Assembly (NCBI GenBank): GCA_001430755.1
Contig: CP013062.1
Location: forward strand, 930,001 to 962,000
DNA from: Candidatus Peribacter riflensis
GTDB taxonomy: Bacteria; Patescibacteriota; Gracilibacteria; Peribacterales; Peribacteraceae
DNA: 32,000 nucleotides
Direction of reading: 5' to 3'
Position 1 is the stretch's first letter; each line of letters starts with the position of its first letter. This document shows, one piece after another, positions 30,756 to 32,000 of this stretch. Made by a program: the position numbers and the translations under genes. Under the pieces are notes generated by a model that did not search any database, had not been told where the DNA came from, and saw nothing but the letters and a program-made list of their open reading frames with translations.

Positions 30756-31793
30756 ATGACCGGACACCACTGTTCCCGCAAACCTCCACTTCAACCGCCG
30801 GAGGAACGCTCGTATACTCCCGTGTGTCCTCCGCGCGCCTTCATGCACTCTCCCGTCCTGCGACGCAGCCTCCGCCGTGCTCTCCTGACACTCTGGCGTG
30901 AAGGGGAATGGCGTGCGAGTTTCGGCTCGCTGCTCGGCATCTGTACGCTCTTTCAATTTCTGTTGCTGGGCCTGCTCGGCGCAGGCGCCGTTGAATCGCT
31001 GCTCCTCTTGCACTCCGATGTGAAGCTCGAAATCCGGCCCGAGGCCAACCGGGGGGAAGTGCAACAGTTCTTCTCGAACCTGCAGCAGCTGCCGTACGTG
31101 GAGCGCGCTGTCTACATCACCCGCGAACAGGCGCTGGCACGCATCAAAGTGGAGGATCCCACCCTCGCAGCATTCTTCGAAAAATTCGGCGTGGATAATC
31201 CGTTCCCCGATACGATCGGCGTGACGCTCCGGTCCCTCAGTGATTACCCGGTCTTTTCGACCTTCCTCTTAGACCCGCGCTGGCAGCAGATCGTGGATCC
31301 CGCGCTGCTCTCGAATATCACCCATCAGGAAGAACGCGTGCACGAGCTTTTGCGTGTCGCGAACGGAGGCAGGAATCTGGCAGCCATCCTCCTCTTACTC
31401 GCGTGCGGCATCCTGCTCTCGACCATTGTGGAATTCACACGGAGAAACGCCCTCGGCCGCTCAGAAGAGGTCCTGGTGGAGCGGCTCGTCGGCTCAGACG
31501 GATTTGCGCTGGCTCTGCCCTTCATTTGGGAGGCAGCGATCCTGCTCTGGGGGAGCATTCTCGTGAGCGCCGCAGTGCTGATGGTGTTTCTAGTGATCCT
31601 CCCGACGCTCGTTCCGGCACTGAGCGCCGGAGGAGCCCTGGCTGCACTGGCCGTGGCCGCCGTGCCCATCTTCTCTGTCGCACTGCCCACCGCTCTGATC
31701 CTCGAGCTCCTCTGCGCCCCGCTCCTCGCCGGAATCGGGGCCTGGCTCGGCATTCGCCCGTCGCTCCGATCCACCTCGCTCAGCCATTCTTAG
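30756..31793 (+). CDS. ftsX: FtsX-like permease (cell-division ABC transporter permease family)
   Basis: N-terminal TM, then an extracytoplasmic domain (VKLEIRPEANRGEVQQFFSNLQQLPYVERAVYITREQALARIK...DNPFPDTIGVTL), then three C-terminal TM helices, which is FtsX topology and motifs. ATG 30843 (MHSPVLRR) is an alternative start. Confidence 0.7.
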   Translation: MTGHHCSRKPPLQPPEERSYTPVCPPRAFMHSPVLRRSLRRALLTLWREGEWRASFGSLLGICTLFQFLLLGLLGAGAVESLLLLHSDVKLEIRPEANRGEVQQFFSNLQQLPYVERAVYITREQALARIKVEDPTLAAFFEKFGVDNPFPDTIGVTLRSLSDYPVFSTFLLDPRWQQIVDPALLSNITHQEERVHELLRVANGGRNLAAILLLLACGILLSTIVEFTRRNALGRSEEVLVERLVGSDGFALALPFIWEAAILLWGSILVSAAVLMVFLVILPTLVPALSAGGALAALAVAAVPIFSVALPTALILELLCAPLLAGIGAWLGIRPSLRSTSLSHS

Positions 31794-31816
31794 AAGAGAC
31801 GCGCTACACTGTCTCC

Positions 31817-32000
31817 ATGTCGTACTCTGCGGTCTTCGATGCCATCGTGCTCGCCTCCTATGACGTGGGGGAAGCCGACCGGTTCCTGATCCTCCTCACG
31901 CGCGAGAAGGGACGTCTCGCTGCGCGGGCACCGGGGGCGCGTCGCTTGAAAAGCCGCCTCTGCCCGCTCCTGCCACTCACCCATCTCGCCGTGGAACTCA
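31817..32000 (+). CDS. recO: DNA repair protein RecO, N-terminal fragment (continues beyond the window)
   Basis: Hand translation from ATG 31817 gives MSYSAVFDAIVLASYDVGEADRFLILLTREKGRLAARAPGARRLKSRLCPLLPLTHLAVEL. This matches the RecO N-terminal OB-fold pattern (hydrophobic-L..Y.GE.D..h.lLT...G......GARR.KSR). Confidence 0.8.
   Translation, partial: MSYSAVFDAIVLASYDVGEADRFLILLTREKGRLAARAPGARRLKSRLCPLLPLTHLAVEL

Noticed and set aside
1-32000. Search for CRISPR arrays, transposases, integrases, IS inverted repeats, prophage or defence-system genes
   Set aside because: No spaced direct-repeat array was seen, and no recombinase, nuclease or ATPase-like ORFs. All large ORFs are accounted for by envelope biogenesis or housekeeping functions, so no mobile element or defence system is claimed.

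Overview
GC-rich bacterial window using the standard genetic code (TGA is a stop, often inside ATGA start/stop overlaps). No mobile element, CRISPR array, rRNA or recognisable defence or toxin gene was found. Positions 1-20164 form a dense cell-envelope glycosylation island. It holds a partial DegT-type sugar aminotransferase, a cupin, an RmlB-like 4,6-dehydratase, six GT4-type (GT-B) glycosyltransferases and three GT2 enzymes, two of them Dpm1/GtrB-like. It also holds a GtrA-family protein, a DUF2304-type small membrane protein and four large polytopic GT-C/ArnT/PMT-like membrane proteins; a fifth lies at 24634-26325. The rest is housekeeping: sufS-sufU, tRNA-Thr(GGU), a SAM methyltransferase, rpsF-rpsR, a YebC-family regulator, a long class-A PBP with C-terminal Ig-like repeats, a small TrbC/VirB2-like pilin-type protein, a TPR protein, an FtsX-like permease and the 5' end of recO. 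The most unusual signals are small-scale. (1) A 37-42 bp C-box/G-box/G-box palindromic element sits in frame inside three different glycosyltransferase genes. (2) A heptanucleotide tandem repeat lies inside a fourth GT gene. (3) A 20-bp duplication of a gene start creates a 28-codon relay ORF that is ATGA-coupled at both ends. (4) C-rich, telomere-like tandem repeats fill the sufS-sufU and rpsF-rpsR spacers. (5) Gene starts have almost no Shine-Dalgarno sequences, use ATGA/GTGA overlaps inside operons, and have extended -10 boxes 6-10 nt upstream of the first start codon of several units, implying leaderless mRNAs. (6) An unannotated 30-codon hydrophobic ORF is coupled to a GT-C gene. All functional calls rest on motif recognition by eye, with no database search run, and several start codons are uncertain. 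The gene set loosely suggests a Patescibacteria/CPR-like or similar uncultivated lineage, but that is a weak inference.
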